From assembly GCF_964204865.1 (NCBI RefSeq), contig NC_135254.1, positions 12,276,001 to 12,340,000 on the forward strand: DNA of 64,000 nt, given 5' to 3'. This document shows, piece by piece, positions 60,001-64,000 of this stretch; the first letter of the stretch is position 1, and every line of letters starts with the position of its first letter. The position numbers and the translations under genes are program-made. The notes beneath the pieces are model-generated. The model made no database searches, was not told the origin of the DNA, and saw only the letters and a program-made list of their open reading frames with translations. This DNA comes from Styela clava. Taxonomy: Eukaryota.

Positions 60001-62533
60001 AATCACAAATAAAAAAAACTTTATGTCTGAAATCAAACTTGGGCCAAAAAGGTCCCCTTATCTGCCGGACTATTTCCTCTATAAATGTACTGTGATTTTT
60101 GCAGTCAATACAAAAGCAAAAATCTGTGCAATTTAAGATGATTTTGGCACACTTGCATAAATTATTTTGATCATTTTTCTTACACTTGCAGTTTGCCAAC
60201 TTAAGAACTGATTCGAGGGCCACATGCTTCTTCAGTGAGTCATTGTTGGGTGAGAGAGTATAATCCTTATGTTTGCCAGTGTTAAATAGACGTGCCCTGG
60301 TATCATTTACATTCTTCATATCCTCTTCATACAGTTAGCAAACAAATTCCTCAGCTTTATTTTTTTTTTTATTTATTTATTTATTTATTTATTAATGCCT
60401 CGTTAACCTCAAAAGATCTCCATAGTTGAGAAAAAAAATGATTTGAAAACCTCAATGAAGTCTCCGACATGAGTTTGATTTGCAGTTCCAATTGCAGAAA
60501 AGTGCTAAAGTATTTCAATATGAATAGCTGTTTTCAACTATTATGACTACCTATGACAGTATGAGTATGGACTATAGACTATATTTTAAAACATCAACTG
60601 TCTGTCTACAACTCGATTTCTCACTTCTCAATCGTTTCCAATGCTACTTTCCACTCCGGCAAACCTTATCATTGCTTCCCAGGTTCTTGTCGACTCTATG
60701 AATTTAGATTTAGACCAAACGACATTAGTAAAATTGATTATTTCCTTCTCTTTCACACAACCGTGCATTACAGAAACAGCCATTAATTTCTATTTCCAAA
60801 TATGCTGTGGCCTATATAGTAGTACAAGTCTGCTGAATAGTCAAGAAAAGTCATTAAATTAATCATAAACATTTCATGCAAGCCAGAAAATATTGTTGTT
60901 TGTGAAATATTATTCTAGGTCTAGCCTTCCTTGGAGTTACCGCACCGTACCTATTTAACAACGTCTTATGGGCTAGTGCTCAACTAAAATTGCTTTTTAT
61001 GGTAAGGATATACAAGTGTTTAATATCTTACTTATACTTTCAACACCTCCTTAGAATAACTGAACTAATAATAATAACTGAAAAAAACTATGGGAAGGCT
61101 ACCGTACTCGACGCAAAAGCGAGCAGTAGTACATCTGATATTCATCCGACCACGGGGATCCACCTACAGCTGACTAATTTAATTGTTACGTCATGCAAAA
61201 GTCTGCGTTCATTGGCCCATGATACCGGAAAAGCAGAGAAAATAGGACAGATGGTAACACATATTTATTGTAGTAAAAGCGTCTTTTCTGTAAAACGTGC
61301 AACTTTTGGAAGTGGGAACAAGGCAATATTTGTTACTAAATTTCTAAGGAACATTTTAAAAGCATTTTCAGGTAGCTACCTTATGTGCGCTACGAAACTG
61401 AAAGATAAAAGAGGTCGGCTCGCGGCCTAGTATATCCACTGTAAGCGGACATTGACGGTGAACATTGGAACAAAAAATATATATGTACGAGTCAAGCAAT
61501 TCGCCGGAAAAAGCTCAGAAGATTTGATAAAACATGATGGCATTGTTTGAAAACCACAGAGTAAAAATATCTTTGATCAGAATTATAACGGTTCCTTAGC
61601 CAAACATATACGGACTTGATAAAAGCGGAGACAACAATGCAAACGCTGCGCTCTTGAAATATAAAATGTCATATATTCAACAAACCGACGTGAGGACATT
61701 GTTACATCACAAATTATATAGATAATGCGGTCACGTGTCCGGGTTGGTGATTTCGGCTGCCATACATTTTGTTTAATTTACGTTGAGTTGAACATTATCG
61801 CCGTTGACGCTGAGGCCGTCAGTCAAATTTATAACTTGCGGACACTAGCCTATTAGATTGCATGATGATATTGCAGTAAAATATGTGCTTAAAATTTAAT
61901 GTTTATTTGTATTTGTAAGGTATACAAAGTTCTTAAAAAAATGGAAAAGGTATACTACGATAAAAAAGGTTGAAGAACACTGCTCTAGAATAAAACTAAA
62001 TGAAAAATGGACTTTTTCATAGTTTAATAAATTCCCACAGTTGGTTTGCGAACAAATAGTGTCAGGTGCTATTTCTGGTAAATATTTTAAAATCTCATAT
62101 GATATAAAAACATAGAAAAGTCGATCGCTGTTATTGTTTCGACGCTATATCATTTGTTGTATTGTTGGCTGAATTCTGAAATAGTTGCCTGATTATATTT
62201 TGCCTCGCAAATTCTAGTACTTTAATATTGAATATTTGGTTTTAAAGGAACTAGTTACAGCTAAGGAACAGGAACTAGTAAGCTATATGAACATATTTTT
62301 TCATGGGAATCTTATAATTCTGTACTCTGAGTAAAATTTTTGCTTGAGTTTAGTCGCAAACACAAATGGTCTATGTGTATATACAGCAAACGTAAGTTAA
62401 AATGTCAATACCCACCGTAATGATAACTCGAATTCACATTTTCTCTTTGCTAATTACTAGTGAATATTTTGCCAGATAAACTATATAAATTGATACTAGA
62501 TTCAAATTTTCTTATCTGAAGAAAATAGGAAAA

Positions 62534-63670
62534 ATGACGAACGTACCAGCATCGTGGAATATTTGCACCTCTCCGCCTACTGGTATATGTTATGTACAAA
62601 CGCGCCCAACAAGTGGTACTAACATTGAGTACGCTAAAAAGACAAAATGCTCCGTTATAGGAGTGGCTGTAAGTATTATTCTTTATTAGTCAAATATTGT
62701 AATACCATGATAGAGACTTTCATTCAGGAAAGCACTGCAAACCAACATAATGCTCACTTTACTGGTGTTCCAATATTCAAGTTTTTCTAAGTTTACCCCT
62801 TTTTTTTTATAATTTTCCATCGCTCTGGTTGCAATTATGAATATTTTTTATCTTCGCAAGGACCAATCCAAATAAACTTGTTTTTTATTCAAATTTTCAG
62901 GTAACAGAACTTATATTCGGGATCTATCTGGTTGGCCTTGGCATTGCAATACTGCCAGTTTGTACCAGTACCAGGGGATGTGACTACCCATATCAATACT
63001 ACTACTATGGAACACTGTCGAATTTGGGAACTAATATATGGGGAGGGGCTTTGGTATGTAGAAATCATTTTTAAGCTACCTTTAAATCGACTTTTAACTT
63101 AATGTTACAAGTTTACAACTTTGTACTTCTCGTGATGCAATTGTATATTTCATCCTTGTAAGTTTCCTCATTGATCATGAATTTGATGATTCGAATCCAA
63201 AATATTGATTAGTGGTAGAAATATTTATTGAAAACTATTGTTTATTGCAGGTGATTCTGTTTTCATGTTTTGGACTTGCCCAAGGCTGCAGCCCTTCTAC
63301 TTGTACGGTACGTTTTATATAATTATATCACCAATCAACGCTATGGAGTGAGTATCTGGTATCTTTTTGTGATAGTTGAGTAAGAGTTAGACTTGACTGA
63401 TGATTAAATTTACCATTTTTATTTGAATAACGAAAAAGAATTTTAGAGTGGTCCTTTATAAATGTGTGTCCGGATATTCAGGGTAGATATATTTGCGATC
63501 CAGGACTCGGGGTTCGAAGTCCGTTTCCAAGCAACAACTAACTCTACCATGAATAATGACAATATTTACACATATCACAGATTACTACAAATCTTACTTT
63601 GTCTGTAATCGGAATCTTTGTCTCGATCTGCCTTCTTGGAATGGAAATTACCGCTAGTCTTGTTAGCTTT
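62534..63670 (+). CDS. MS4A/CD20-like tetraspan membrane protein, first four coding exons (continues beyond window)
   Basis: Exons 62534-62668, 62901-63053, 63251-63307, 63581-63670, all phase-0 GT-AG: MTNVPASW...VIGVA|VTELIFGIYLVGLGIAIL...LGTNIWGGAL|VILFSCFGLAQGCSPSTCT|ITTNLTLSVIGIFVSICLLGMEITASLVSF. GVxxLxxG and GxxIWGG motifs are typical of the CD20/MS4A family. Confidence 0.8.
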
Positions 63671-64000
63671 GTGAGTATAGACTTGTTTGATTTTGTCAGT
63701 TTGAGAAAAGGTAAAATAGAGCTTTATATCATGTATTGTATACAGTTCATGGAAAATGAGTAAGGCCAATCGTGGTATTTGTATGTGAGTACCTCTAAAA
63801 ATATTCTAGTTTGTGTGCTACATATTAATTGAAAGTTTAATTACTGTATTAATGCAGATGCTAATCCAATTTTTGCTTTCTTCTAAAAATATATATTACA
63901 ATATTATCTTGAAAACATATATGATTCTGGTCATGTCAAAAAAAAATAACTAGTATTAACCAATTGATAGATTCCAATCTGGTCCGAATACATTAGTCAA

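Larger units (their letters stand above)
52292..61651 (+). repeat. 9.36-kb tandem duplication, copy 2
   Basis: Same as copy 1 except a 10-bp deletion (tgaaataatg, 44581-44590 in copy 1) at 53950/53951; no other difference seen by eye. Confidence 0.97.

Overview
AT-rich, intron-rich animal genomic DNA (invertebrate; ascidian-like is a guess, not shown). The + strand carries the last three coding exons of valyl-tRNA synthetase (141-316, 779-928, 18358-18429). Its 17.4-kb last intron holds a Buster-type hAT transposon with an internally deleted transposase and two complete antisense 8-exon secreted serpin genes. A third paralogous serpin lies just beyond the VARS 3' end. Next come an intronless secreted lipocalin with a tandem pseudogene copy and an MS4A/CD20-like pseudogene (34.7-38.4 kb), whose intact-looking paralog starts at 62534 and runs off the window. 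A near-perfect 9.37-kb tandem duplication (42922-52291 / 52292-61651) carries a decayed Mag-like Gypsy LTR retrotransposon whose Gag begins with a SAM-like domain. Many MITEs and LINE relics are interspersed. No CRISPR, rRNA or tRNA genes were seen. All gene models were spliced by hand from GT-AG sites and frame continuity; no database searches were run.
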